From assembly GCA_002269645.1 (NCBI GenBank), contig NIVC01002528.1, positions 100,168 through 164,167 of the forward strand: DNA of 64,000 nucleotides, in the 5' to 3' direction. Shown piece by piece: positions 52,380 to 64,000 of this stretch; positions within the stretch are counted from its first letter, which is position 1; each line of letters starts with the position of its first letter. The notes beneath the pieces were generated by a model. That model did not search any database. It was not told the DNA's origin and worked only from the letters and a program-made list of their open reading frames with translations. The translations under genes were made by a program, and so were the position numbers. This DNA is from Macrostomum lignano (Eukaryota).

Positions 52380-52790
52380 GGTCCAGCAAGCATCAATCCA
52401 TAGTGGACCATATGCTAGGCTGTCTAACGAGTGCCATTGGCTTGTGATCGAAGCTATCTACAGAGGTGAACACCCAAAAGACATTGCAAGGCTGCTGAAT
52501 GCAGAAGAAAATCTGGTTTACAGCATCCATCAGCGCGTTAAAATTCTGCCTTTGTTTGACGGTGCAGAAATGCAGCAGAAGCTGAAGGAACAGTTCCAGT
52601 AGGTTATCAGATTTCGACTATCGGCTGCCAGAGCTCTGGAAAAGCGACTGAAAGTTGTTGGTACGAGCTAGACTCGCTGATATTCCTGCGGTACGCAACA
52701 ACCTGCAGACGGTTGCGAGAGGGAAGGAGTTTGCCGAATGGCTCACGAGCATTTGGACCAAACTGATGCTTGTTGGGCCATATTGAAATG
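52380..52790 (+). pseudogene. Decayed N-terminal fragment of a Tc1/IS630-like transposase related to the 11.7-kb element
   Basis: RLSNECHWLVIEAIYRGEHPKDIARLLNAEENLVYSIHQR (HTH-like), MQQKLKEQF, ARALEKRL and frameshifted LADIPAVRNNLQTVARGKEFAEWL parallel the 11671 protein (TLQQMREHL, SRALDGRL, LRQVPVNWNMPVTKEARRMHVEWM). Confidence 0.55.
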
Positions 52791-53849
52791 GAATTCGCGT
52801 GTCAACTTCTCAATTTGCTTGTCAAGCTGTCTGTCTATATGTCTGTGTCTGCATGCAGCAGATAACTGAGTCTCTATACCATGGTCTCAACTATAAAAAA
52901 TCTAGACAGTTCGTATCTCTTTAATATGCAGTTTAAGGTCGACATTGGACATTTACAAAAAAAACTTATGAAGGTGCTACTTCGTTAAGCCTATATAAAA
53001 CATTGTAGAATGGGATAAAAAAGTACAAATTTGTAGCAGCAATACGGGAGCCAATTACGATAATACGAGCTAAAGACAAATTTTCGGACACACAAAAACT
53101 GGCTAGTGAGACCATCGATCATGTCTATTTTTTTCTGTCTCTTCGCCAAAGCAGAGTCGCAAAAAGCGTCTGACTAATGAGTTATGCAAACTACAGATTG
53201 CACACGCAAACACCACATAAAGAAGCAGCAGAGATCGAAAAAATAGCCTGCTGACTTCCTATTCACTCAAGAGCAGGAAAGTCTGAATACTTCCGTCGAG
53301 CTGTCGCAAGTTAGATAAATATACAATATTTAAGCTTCACTGGCTTCCCAATTTTGTAACTGACATATGGCTGAGTAAGGAGCGAGAGTAGGGCTGGGTA
53401 AGGGGCCCGCCCTGCCTCTCTCTTGTCAGTTCAATTAGAGCTGTCAGCTGTGTTGCTGGATCGGTAGGGATCTTGATATCAGACTGCGCTGGTTCACAGT
53501 TGAATTGATTCACAGCTAATTTCAAATTCAGGCTGTGGTAGCGTTTTTTCAATATTCAAAAGAGATTTTTTTCTCATTAAGCTAACCTATAGTCTTGGCA
53601 AGAAATCAAGTTGAAATTTAATTGAAGTCCTGCATGTTCTGCATCTCTTTAGAGGGTTGCTTTAATTTATTAACCCATGGGGATTTAGGATCCCTAGAAA
53701 TTCAGTAACTGACTATTGCGTTTTAAGCCATACTTAAGTCTTAAGTTCACTCGTCGTGACGTAAATATTATTCACGAATTCTACTGAGTAATCACTCAAA
53801 CAAGAACGTGTTTAAGAGTCGTTCATAAACCAATTAAATATATTCATTA

Positions 53850-54240
53850 ATCGTGTCCAAAGTGTATACTAATCGTGTCCAAAGTGTACACTCATCGTGT
53901 CCAAAGTGTACACTAATCGTGTCCAAAGTGTACTACACTCATCGTGTCCAAAGTGTACTACACTCATCGTGTCCAAAGTGTACTACACTCATCGTATCCA
54001 AAGTGTACACTCATCGTATCCAAAGTGTACACTCATCGTATCCAAAGTGTACACTCATCGTATCCAAAGTGTACACTCATCGTGTCCAAAGTGTACTACA
54101 CTCATCGTGTCCAAAGTGTACACTCATCGTGTCCAAAGTGTACACTAATCGTGTCCAAAGTGTACACTAATCGTGTCTAAAGTGTACACTCATCGTGTCC
54201 AAAGTGTACACTAATCATATCTAAAGTGTACACTCATCGT
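53850..54240. repeat. 22-bp minisatellite ACTCATCGTGTCCAAAGTGTAC (25-bp variants) overlapping the GPCR stop codon
   Basis: Direct observation. Confidence 0.95.
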
Positions 54241-55642
54241 CCGATGCAGAACGATCTCCGATACAGTTAACTCCGCTATTAGTTACTAAGGCAGCGGTGA
54301 CTATCGTGCCAGAGACCTGCGGTTGCGCAATCGGCGTTGTCGATTGGTGGCGCAGCAGCAACTGCAGCGGCTGCAGTTCACCGTTGCGAGCCTGCACCGC
54401 CTCGTGCTCGGAGCGCAAGCTATTCGCTTGAGCGCCGCACATGCTTGCCTGTTCCAGAGTCAGTCGGGTCGTAACGCCGCGACCACCGCAGCGCAGCACC
54501 CTGCCTCGGAACGTTCTAGACGACACGAAATAGGCCAGGAAATTTGTGGCATTATTAGCAAACATCAGCGTCTTGAGGACGTCCAGAGTGACTCGGGTTG
54601 ACTCAGAACGGGTTAGCCAGCCGCTAACGCTGAGCAGTTGACCCAGGGAGGCGGGCAGGGTGGTACAAATGTGAATAACAGTCAGCACCGCCAATAGACG
54701 CATGATACTCTCAGGTTTCCGTCCGCGAGTTAGGTTAGACGATTCTGCAGGCTCAGTAGAAACTTCCAGTGCAGCCTGCACCACATCCTGCTGTTTCTTC
54801 TGCCTTTTCTGCTCCTCATCCTGGTTATTGGCCGCCATTCTCCGTTTCCGCATAGTGGCATAAATGTACACATTGGAGACTAGCAGAACAGTGTACGGTA
54901 CTACCAAGAATGTAATGACGTCAAGCTTAACAAACCAACGACCAAATTCTCGATCGTAGTCGCACTTTGTTAGCAACAATCGATAAGATTCGTTCGGTAG
55001 CTCGTTCAGCTCCGAGATGCTCACTGTGGTTGGCTTGCGCCGGAGTTCAGTGCCATTAATCTTGCCGCCAAGTTGGCTGGCAAGAAGCTGCACGCATCGG
55101 GTAGTGAAACGGAAGAAGCCAAGCGGCGCATTCTTCGCCACGATAGCCGCAGATACGACGCCGAACACTGCGGAAAAATTTCTCTTAGTGATCAGCCGGC
55201 TGGCCCGATTGTGATAGGCCACAAGAATGAAGCGCTCAACGCCGATGCCGCAGAGGGCGTAGACGGCCAAGTCGCTGACTGTGGCAACCACGGCCTGGTG
55301 CAGATGGCACAGTACCGGATGCTGATCGCGGATGTCCAACCCGACCGTCTCGGTCAGCCAGTATCTGAGCACGGCCAGCAGCAGCACGGCGCAGTCAACC
55401 AGAGCCAAAAACACCATCAGAAAGCGGGTGGTACCTCGCAGCGATCGGTCAGTGGCCTGCAGGTAGGCCGTGGCCGAATTGCCAGCAACCCCGCCAATTA
55501 TGATTGCAGCTCCGAGCACTCGGAGCGACCATTCGGCGAGGCGGACAGCCAGGCTGCTTGAGTCGGTCGACAATGTGCCAGCATTGCAGACGGGAAGGCT
55601 GCTGATGTTATCGCTGCCTAACTGACTTAGTAAATCAGACAT
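54221..55642 (-). CDS. Intronless rhodopsin-like (class A) peptide-type GPCR, 473 aa
   Basis: Seven hydrophobic segments; GN in TM1 (GVAGNSAT), LALVD in TM2, C at the start of TM3, ERF as DRY equivalent, VPY..L.SN in TM5, TLP in TM6, NNATNFLAY as NPxxY equivalent, SRTFR helix 8. Confidence 0.9.
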   Translation of the reverse strand: MSDLLSQLGSDNISSLPVCNAGTLSTDSSSLAVRLAEWSLRVLGAAIIIGGVAGNSATAYLQATDRSLRGTTRFLMVFLALVDCAVLLLAVLRYWLTETVGLDIRDQHPVLCHLHQAVVATVSDLAVYALCGIGVERFILVAYHNRASRLITKRNFSAVFGVVSAAIVAKNAPLGFFRFTTRCVQLLASQLGGKINGTELRRKPTTVSISELNELPNESYRLLLTKCDYDREFGRWFVKLDVITFLVVPYTVLLVSNVYIYATMRKRRMAANNQDEEQKRQKKQQDVVQAALEVSTEPAESSNLTRGRKPESIMRLLAVLTVIHICTTLPASLGQLLSVSGWLTRSESTRVTLDVLKTLMFANNATNFLAYFVSSRTFRGRVLRCGGRGVTTRLTLEQASMCGAQANSLRSEHEAVQARNGELQPLQLLLRHQSTTPIAQPQVSGTIVTAALVTNSGVNCIGDRSASDDECTL

Positions 55643-55897
55643 GTCGCTTGATCAAACTGAATTTAATTTACTATAATCCACTGCAGTTTGTTTTGGACAT
55701 GCGATTAAATAGATAGCAGATAGCCGCCGAGATTTAAACGGATTCCCATTGGCTGCTCAAAATGAGGACCAATAATGACATTCTCGTTTGGCTTCTCAGA
55801 GTGATTCCAGTTTTGCAAGTAAATAAGCCTATTATTTAAGCATTGATACTCTCTATTAGAGTATTAGCTGCAGTATGCTAATATTTTGGCTGCAGGG

Positions 55898-56020
55898 GGT
55901 TGGTAGCCTAGTGGTTAGAGCGTCGGACTCAACACTGAAAGGTCATGGGTTCGATTCTTGACCAACTAGAAACAATTTGTGTCCTCGATAAAACATTTTG
56001 CCTCGATAAAATGAGTACCT
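55898..56020 (+). mobile_element. tRNA-derived SINE head (same family as 30890..31160); not a bona fide tRNA
   Basis: GGTTGGT/ACCAACT acceptor stem, A-box TAGCCTAGTGG, B-box GGTTCGATTC, defective anticodon stem, then AACAATTTGTGTCC as in the other SINE copy. Confidence 0.7.
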
Positions 56021-56152
56021 GTGGCGCTAAAATGAGTGCCTGCGGCGCCAAAATGAGTGCCTGCGGCGCCAAAAGTGTTAATGGCATAAGGCATAGCCAG
56101 CCAGGCCAACCCGCCCCCCCCCCCAATTGAAAATTCGTGGCTACTCCGCTGC
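56010..56152 (+). mobile_element. MITE family A-related fragment with about 3 copies of the 21-bp unit
   Basis: AAAATGAGTGCCTGCGGCGCC units; ends GTGGCTACTCCGCTG (TIR-like). Confidence 0.6.
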
Positions 56153-57737
56153 CTACACGGCAGTAAACAAATAAATTAGGCAAGCCAATTAATTACTCGT
56201 AAAACTTAATTATCACGATTTCCAGGTTGCGGGATATTTTTTTATCGCGAGACACATTTTATAAAACGTAATAAACAACTGCCGACTTGTACGTCTTAAA
56301 TATAGAAACAACGACCTACTACAATATTTGTATGAAAAAAGAATTTGTTTTTGATTTGATAAAAAGTTCCCAGAGTCAAGCTCAATCCGGACACCCATGC
56401 AGGTCGCTTTCCGCTCATCGAATGTGTTAATTTTGAATGTTCGCTCGCAGGTCGAGGGTCCGCGGCTCAACAAACCTTTCTGGACCGATACGCTCCAACT
56501 GCTAATCGAAACTTAAGCAAATTTTTTTACAGCACGACTATAGTTAGTAGTTTTAGTTACGAGCGTAGACACAGGCGGCTGTGTTAAGGACATTACACAT
56601 AATAAGGAAATTTTATCATTCAACTAGTGGTGCACCCTGGCGCACTTTACAAGCGACATTGTCATACAACCGGCGAGAGGCATTGCTGCCCATTCCACCG
56701 ACTCCCCTGAGCAGGCACACAAGCGCGCGGATACGTACGCAGTCATACGCACAGGCACACACTCACACAGGAGTGTACAGCGGCCCTAACTTTATTTATC
56801 GTTAGGCATGTACACTTCACTGTGCCTTGGGGTTGGCCCTCAAGCTGGGCGTTAAAAATCACACCAGAGCGCCGCGCTGGACAACTGGGCTACGGCCTCC
56901 TATGTATTGCAATACAGTTCAAAAGAGCCAATCAGATGATTGAGAACAAATCAACTAGAAACTATCTTCTAAAAACCAATCTACGCTCGTATTTTCTAAA
57001 TCCTCCTAAAAACTACTCAAGTTAAAAACTTAAAACGACCGTGGCGCTGGACTCTAAGATTCTAAGAAGGTGAAATCTGAATAAATATTATTGCAAGAAA
57101 AACAAGAACAGTCTCTACTTCTACATAGGTATACTGAATTGCCAAAAGCAATCTTTCATCAAAGTTTATTTCTCATCGTTTCGGAATTCGGACCACACCG
57201 TTTCAAAGTAATGAAAATAATAATTTTATTTTTCAACTTTTGACTGGTGAACTGAAATGAAAACTGACACAAAAGACCACTTTTATTTTGATCTGTTTGT
57301 TAGTAATGCAGCAGTGATTTCTAACACTTTTCAAATAGCACTAAAAACTGCAGTCGGATGTTATCCTGCCATATTAAAGCGAGCAATGGCTGACACGTGA
57401 CAAAATCAAATGTAACTGAAATCTTCTCGGCTACAGAAAAAAATCATTCCTCTTTTTGTTTCCATGAAAGAGTTTGAATAGCCAAACCAAAGCAAACTGT
57501 TTTTGTAAAACCGCAAAACTTTCTAACGAAAAATCATAGAAGGTAAATAGAATCAGGAAAAGCAACAACACAAAGCAGAAGAGAAATGATTTCGAGAAAA
57601 ATAATTAAGTAAACTTTACTTTCTATTCTAGGATGTGGACGACAGAAAAGTAACAAATAATTAAAGAAGAAAAAATTACCCGATAAACAGCAGCAAGTCA
57701 CTACTTAGTCAGTACAGTAGTCAGTAATAGCCAACAC

Positions 57738-58182
57738 CACAGATACTAGAATAATAACTAGATGAGCCACTCAGCACATTTGCGTGTAAGCTACTTTCAG
57801 TTCAGTAGCAAGTTTAACAGAAGCATTTTAATGTATTTTTAAACACAAAGATTATTTATTGGCTCTTACCCCCAGCTTCAACCCTCCAGCGGCGCCTTTT
57901 CACACCCCTCCCCGCCCCAATTTTTATTGCCCTGTCTCGGAATTGCAGCCTAAAGCTGCCATGTACATTTCAGTGGACTGGCCAATGTACATTATTGCTG
58001 AACCAATTAGCAAGTTGTTTACGCCTGCAAGCTTGGGCTTCTAAACTTAATAAGTCATTTCAGCTGCCTTTATTTTTATAAAATAGCTTCTGCATTCTTC
58101 TTTGCTACTGAACTGAAATTGGAAAGCTGTTTTACTAAGTATATATGCCCGAGTGGCCCATCTAGTTATTTTAGTACCTGCG
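57738..58182 (-). mobile_element. MITE family B copy 2 (inverted)
   Basis: Reverse complement of 29797..30232 and 62030..62470, with the same TIRs. Confidence 0.85.
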
Positions 58183-58788
58183 GCAGAGACAAACAAAGCA
58201 GCCAAAATCGATATTTAAATAAACAAATCAAATAAATATTAGCAACAACGAACTGTCACTATTTTAATTGCAAGTCACAGACTTATGGTAATGGGCTCGA
58301 GAACTAATGTAGTTGATAATTCTTTAATGAAAAATATGATTATTTTAACACAGTTTCCGGTGTTTAATTCCGGATGTAAATCGAATTTATGTATATAAAA
58401 TTACAAAACTAATTGAAGGCAGGACAAGCTATTACAACAAAACTTGAATAATATCGAATTGACTGGAGACCGAATCAAATTGGAGTACAAAATTATCAAT
58501 CAAATTTTTGTTAAAAATAACTTCTACTTAATACTGGATTTGCTAATCTACCTTGGCAAAGCATTTTAATCTCAAGATTAACGTGTTATTTATAGGAAAC
58601 ATAAAAAGCTCTGCATTGGCAGATTAGCAATCCCAATGTCGAAAAAAACAATTTGTCAAAACTCGGAGCAGTTCGGCTCTGATATTAAATTGACACTTTA
58701 AAAAATTACTGTCTAGCATCAGTTATCAGTCGAATTTCACAATTGTTTATTATTATTATTATTTTGTTAATTCTAAACTAAAATAAAC

Positions 58789-61700
58789 TCAATGCGACTT
58801 GCGAGGCCGCAGATTTCGATCGCTTCCACCACCGCTGTTGTTTCCATTAATCGTGAGCACTTGCACGCCCAGGTACGAGGCAATCTGACGGCATAGTCTG
58901 GCGGAATATTGAACCACATCTGCTAAGCCGATAATTGCGGCTAAATAGAGGGCGACACCCTCCGACAGGGGCTCGTTAAAGTACTGATTGACAACCAGCA
59001 GGGCGGGGCCGAGGAGGCCAGAGTCCCACACAGCCAGCTCAGTGCGAGTCATGTGAGCAACAATCAGACGTTCGCAAATTTTAACGCTAGCCGCGCCAAA
59101 TGCGGTGATGAATAGGCAGGGCCGGTCAAAAAATAAACTGGGAGATTTGTTGCTAACGGCAGCCGTGATGACAATCAGCATTAGCCACACAACGCCGGGG
59201 AAGATGATGCTGGTATTGGCTACTGTTGACCCGTTTTTACCTGCTCCGCCTTGGCTGATGCAGTAGGCAAGACGGAAGTACAGCGAGCTCGAAGTGGTCA
59301 AGTATATCAGCACCTGGGAGGGTAGGGGAGTGAGTGTTGAGGGGCGGTTGTGGCATCTGACAGCCCCCGAAAGAAGCTCTCATCTTTGGCAGACAGAATC
59401 TGTGAACTTCATCTGACAGAATCTGTGAACTTCATCTGACAGAATCTGTAAACTTTATTTGACAGAATAGAATCTGTGAACTTCATCTGACAGAATCTGT
59501 GAACTTCATCTGACAGAATCTGTGAACTTCATCTGACAGAATCTGTGAACTCCAACTGACAGAATCTGTGAGCTCCATCTGAAAGAATCTGTGAACTTCA
59601 TCTGACAGAATCTGTGAACTCCAACTGACAGAATCTGTGAGCTCCATCTGAAAGAATTTGTGAACTTCATCCGACAGAATCTGTGAGCTCTATCTGACAG
59701 AATATGTGAACTTCATCTGACAGAATCTGTGACCTCCATCTGACAGAATCTGTGAACTGTATCTGACAGAATCTGTGAGCTGTATCTGACAGAATCTGTG
59801 AGCTCCATCTGACAGAATCTGTGAGCTCCAGCTGACAGAATCTGTGAACTCCATCTGACAGAATCTGTGAACTTCATCTGACAGAATCTGTGAACTTCAT
59901 CTGACAGAATCTGTGAGCTCTATCTGACAGAATCTGTAAACTTCATCTGACAGAATCTGTGAACTCCATCGGACAGAATCTGTGAACTTCATCTGACAGA
60001 ATCTTTGAGCTCCATCTGACAGAATCTGTGAACTCCATCGGACAGAATCTGTGAACTTCATCTGACAGAATCTTTGAGCTCCATCTGACAGAATCTGTGA
60101 ACTCCATCGGACAGAATCTGTGAACTTCATCTGACAGAATCTTTGAGCTCCATCTGACAGAATCTGTGAACTGTATCTAACAGAATGTGAGTTCCATGTG
60201 ACAACCAAATTTCACCAAAAAGAATTATCTGTAACGACTTTACCTGAACATGCCGCAACAGGATGCCGCCAGGCAACACGCTGACACCCCACAATCCGTT
60301 CACTCCGCCAAACGCCGTGGCAATAAACACTCCCATACAGCACAATTGCGCTTCCGTGACGTCAAACATGCCAAACATAATCTTGCCAGTAATATAGGCA
60401 ATCCAATGCGCCACAAAGAACAGCGTCATAGACGAAGCGCACTGGACCAGCATCAGCTTAGGCGTATGGCCCAGTCCCGTAGCAACAGACAGGCTCAGCG
60501 TTACTAGCAGAGTATTAGCCGCGTCGCAGCCGTGATCGAATAGTTCGCCAAGCTGATTGGCGGAACCGGTGCGCCTGGCCTGCTTGCCGTCCAATGCGTC
60601 CAGGGTTTGATAGACGAATAGAGCGAAAGCGGCGTAGAGCAGCAGCCAGGCTGGGATGTCCTGCGTGCCAATTGTGCCGTCACGCATAAGTTCTTGACGA
60701 TAATTACACCTTGGAATTTCCTGTCTGGCCCTCATTTCTTCATTAGACCATTACGGTTGATTCTTAGAAAGATTCAGGGCCGATTCTTAGAAATATTCAG
60801 GGCCGATTCTTAAAAAGATTTAGGGCCGATTCTTAGAAAGATTCAGGGCCGATTCTTAGAAAGATTCAGGGCCGATTCTTAGAAAGATTCAGATCTGATT
60901 CTTAGATTCAGGGCCGATTCTTAGAAAGATTCAGGGCCGATTCTTAGAAAGATTCAGATCTGATTCTTAGATTCAGGGCCGATTCTTAGAAAGATTCAGG
61001 GCCGATTCTTAGAAAGTATCAGGTACGATTCTTAGAAAGATTCAGGTTCGATTCTTAGAAAGATTCAGGTTCGATTCTTAGAAAGATTCAGGTCCGATTC
61101 TTAAAAAGATTCAGGTCCGATTCTTAGAAAGATTCAGGTCTGATTCTTAGAAAGATTCAGGTCCGATTCTTAGAAAGATTCAGGTCCGATTCTTAGAAAG
61201 ACTCAGGTTCGATTCTCAAAAATATTCAGGTCCAATTCTTAGAAAGATTCAGGTCCAATTCTTAGAAAGATTCAGGTCCGATTCTTAGAAAGATTCAGGT
61301 CCAATTCTTAGAAAGATTCAGGTCCAATTCTTAGAAAGATTCAGGTCCAATTCTTAGAAAGACAGGGATGATTCTCGGGGAGATTTGGGGCGGATTCTTA
61401 CCAATATTTAAGATGATTCTTGAAAAGATTTAAGAGAAAGTTTAGGAAGATTTTAGGATTGATTCTCAGAAAGATTTACGACCGATTCTTAGACGGACTT
61501 AGAAGCGAGTATTAGGGCAGTTTTACAGCAACTATTAAAAAACAGTAAAAATTGCTGTTTTCCTACCTGTTTAGCATCGGGACTATAGATTAGCAGCAGC
61601 ACTGCGCTACTGGCGTTCATCATCAGGCCGGCGAGTGTCAGAGCGTTAGGAGCAGCGTTCATCGGCACCCAATCGATCAGGGCGCGCCAGAACCGTTGCA

Positions 61701-61818
61701 AAAGTGGTTCAACAATAGACGTACCAGTTACTGAGTACTCGTGCTGCAGCAGATGCTTGAGATGCCGCTCGTCCAATGGACCGGATACAAATTGGCCCCG
61801 TGCACGGCTGCTGGCCAT
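58789..61818 (-). CDS. CEPT1: Choline/ethanolamine phosphotransferase (CDP-alcohol phosphatidyltransferase, CEPT1/CHPT1-like), 397 aa, 3 exons
   Basis: complement(join(61567..61818, 60244..60660, 58789..59313)) = 1194 nt, phase 0/0. Motifs: YQTLDALDGKQARRTGSANQLGELFDHGCD (CDP-alcohol phosphatidyltransferase signature), APNALTLAG, DVTEAQ, GGAGKNGSTVA, LIVAHMT. Confidence 0.93.
59385..60190. repeat. 23-bp minisatellite TCTGACAGAATCTGTGAACTTCA in CEPT intron 2
   Basis: Direct observation. Confidence 0.95.
60760..61365. repeat. 23-bp minisatellite GATTCTTAGAAAGATTCAGGGCC in CEPT intron 1
   Basis: Direct observation. Confidence 0.95.
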
Positions 61819-61931
61819 TGCTGTGCTCGCAGAGGCGGATTCGAAGGTTCAATTGTTTAGTTGCTAAGGTGGGACTATCAGCTTACTGATTAGGGATAGG
61901 AATCTTCTAATGATGGGAAATCTCTAATAAT

Positions 61932-62020
61932 CTTCAGGTAGTTGGATTCAGGTGAAATTCAGGTAGTTGGATTCAGGTGAACTTCAGGTAGTTGGATTCA
62001 GGTGAACTTCAGGTAGTTGG
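61932..62020. repeat. Short tandem repeat (TTCAGGTAGTTGGA-TTCAGGTGAA), about 4 copies, just upstream of the CEPT ATG
   Basis: Direct observation. Confidence 0.8.
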
Positions 62021-62029
62021 AATTGAATT

Positions 62030-62470
62030 ACCAGATACTAAAATAACTAGATGGGCCACTCAGGCATATATACTTAGTAAAACAGCTTTCTGCTTTCAAT
62101 TCAGTAGCAAAGAAGAATGCATAAGCTATTTTATAAAAAATAAAGGCAGCTCAAATTAATTTGATAAGCTTAGAAGCCCAAGCTTGCAGTCGTAAGGAAC
62201 TTGCTAATTGGTTCAGCAATAATGTACATTGGCCAGTCCACTGAAATGTACATGGCAGCTTGAGGCTGCAATTCCGAGAAAAGCAATTAAAATTGGGGTG
62301 GGAAAGGGTGTGTGTCGAAAGGCGCGGTTGGAGGTTTAAGCTTGGGGGGGGGATAAAAGCCAATAAATAAGCCTTGGCTTTATAATGCTTCTGTTTAACT
62401 TACTACTGAACTGAAAGTAGCTTACACGCAAATGTGCTGAGTGGCCCAGCTAGTTATTCTAGTATCTGTG
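62030..62470 (+). mobile_element. MITE family B copy 3, upstream of CEPT
   Basis: Same TIRs; candidate 8-bp TSD ATTGAATT / ATTAAATT (7 of 8). Confidence 0.85.
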
Positions 62471-62945
62471 ATTAAATTCAGATAGCCTTCAGGTAGTTGA
62501 GAAAGTCAAATAACCTTCAGACAACGGTGAAATCTAAAGTAACATATAAGAATGTAAGCCAAGAGTCAACTAAAAACACGTTTAAATATTGAAAGTATAA
62601 GAAACAACATTATATATTTATGCTAATTATCATACAAGTCGTTAACTAAAAATATGTAAGGATTAGTTGAAAATGCTAATTTTTTTGCAGCTTGACAAGA
62701 ATCAGACTATTTAAAGTAGAAAGTTACCATGAAAGTGGATTGTGCTGAACAAAATTTTAATGCAATTAACTTTGAAATAAATACATCAATGTCAGAAATT
62801 GGAACTGAGTACTTTAGTCCTTGTCAGCTTCTCCAACTGCCAGTTGAATAAAAGCAATAGCACTCTGCGCTCGATCAGCAGCCTGAGCAGCTTCGTTAGC
62901 CAATTGAAATTCGAGCTCAGCGCATCGGCGAAATAGCCCGAGATT

Positions 62946-63211
62946 TCAGCGAATCAAGTCGGCAGCGATCTTTAACGAATCTAAGCTGCTATTAGAACAG
63001 TCTGGCAGGGGAGCGGCAACACTCCAACCACCGTTATTGCAGCTGTCAATGCCTACTGATGATGCTTGATTATTATTAGACCAAGCCTTTGCTTCGGCAG
63101 AGAAGTTATTGCAAGCATTTAATAGCATCAATTCGTACTGTTCATCGCTGATTATCTCTTTATTGTCATCCGAATTATCGACTTCATTCTCTTTACAAAC
63201 TTTTAACATTG
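62946..63211 (-). CDS. Possible terminal coding exon of a gene beyond the window end; product unknown
   Basis: Acceptor-like CTTACTCAG| at 63212, open frame of about 88 codons with higher GC than its AT-rich flanks; no recognisable motif. Confidence 0.35.
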
Positions 63212-64000
63212 CTGAGTAAGGCTAGGCCTAGAGTCATGAAGTTAAAATTTAGCAATTTTTGTTAACTTCTGTAAGTTCTGCAATCTTAGTAACCTGAGAT
63301 AAGACAGAACTATATGCTTAGCGAGTGCACTTGTCTTTCAGCTAGTGCACTGGTAGTTACTTATCTCGAAGTGACAGCAAAAAAGTAATAACTATGTTGA
63401 ATTTGCACTAAAATGTATAACACATTTACTTAAAACCAGAACAGAGACGAGATCATAAATAAAAACAAACATTAATCTATGGCACATAAATACTACTATG
63501 AAACATTTAAGACTTTTTGGGATTGAGGTTATCCTTTTTGTATGCCAACAGTGTTTGGCTTCCAATTCAGTCTTGCTATTTAGACACTTCTTGCTAGGGA
63601 AGAAGCTGGGGACACCACCATAGGTATTCCAAACATTAAGGAAATAAATATTTAATGTTTCTTTGTATGCCTACAAATAAAAAATAGTTGCTATAAATTG
63701 GTGCCAATAGTAGGACACTAAAAAAAGAAGAAACAGCCTTACAACAGTATAAAAAACAACTACAACTTTTCTATTGAAGTGAATCTGCAGAAGTTGGCCT
63801 TAGAAGTTGAACAATAGAAGTTGAGCACTGGAACTGAAGTCTAGTAAGATTATTTAAGTGACAAAAATAGTCTATCAATATTATCCCAGTTAAACTACAA
63901 TTTAGATGTATCAATTTCCTTTCTGTGAAACTGAGATCCAAAAAATTCCCTTTAATAAAACTAAAAAAGCATCAAAATATTTTTTTAAATATATTGCACT

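Noticed and set aside
55898-55968. tRNA gene (CAA anticodon-like)
   Set aside because: The anticodon stem is defective, there is no T-run terminator, and the sequence continues into a SINE body shared with 30890..31160.

Overview
Eukaryotic (animal) genomic DNA, rich in introns, tandem repeats and transposons. The style of intronic minisatellites and the gene set suggest a free-living flatworm such as Macrostomum (inference, not verified). Six host genes can be assembled from GT-AG splice sites with consistent reading phase: an SLC16/MCT-like MFS transporter (-, 6 exons), Rab6 (+, 8 exons), a secreted or GPI-type X-Pro aminopeptidase (+, 2 exons), an OCA2/P-protein permease (+, 9 exons), an intronless rhodopsin-like GPCR (-) and a choline/ethanolamine phosphotransferase (-, 3 exons). 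Partial exons of two further genes lie at the window edges. Mobile DNA includes an intact ITm/Tc1-like element with about 150-bp TIRs and an unusual DD30E triad, an intact DD34D mariner, and a decayed Crypton-type tyrosine recombinase. Also present are CACTA and Gypsy remnants, an RTE fragment, tRNA-derived SINEs and several hAT-like MITE families. Top leads: the DD30E transposase, a U12-type (minor spliceosome) last intron in Rab6, a CCATAGAC motif shared by unrelated DNA transposons, a MITE that carries an expandable 21-bp minisatellite, and a minisatellite whose unit is the end of the GPCR CDS. Coordinates were read by hand; repeat boundaries are approximate.
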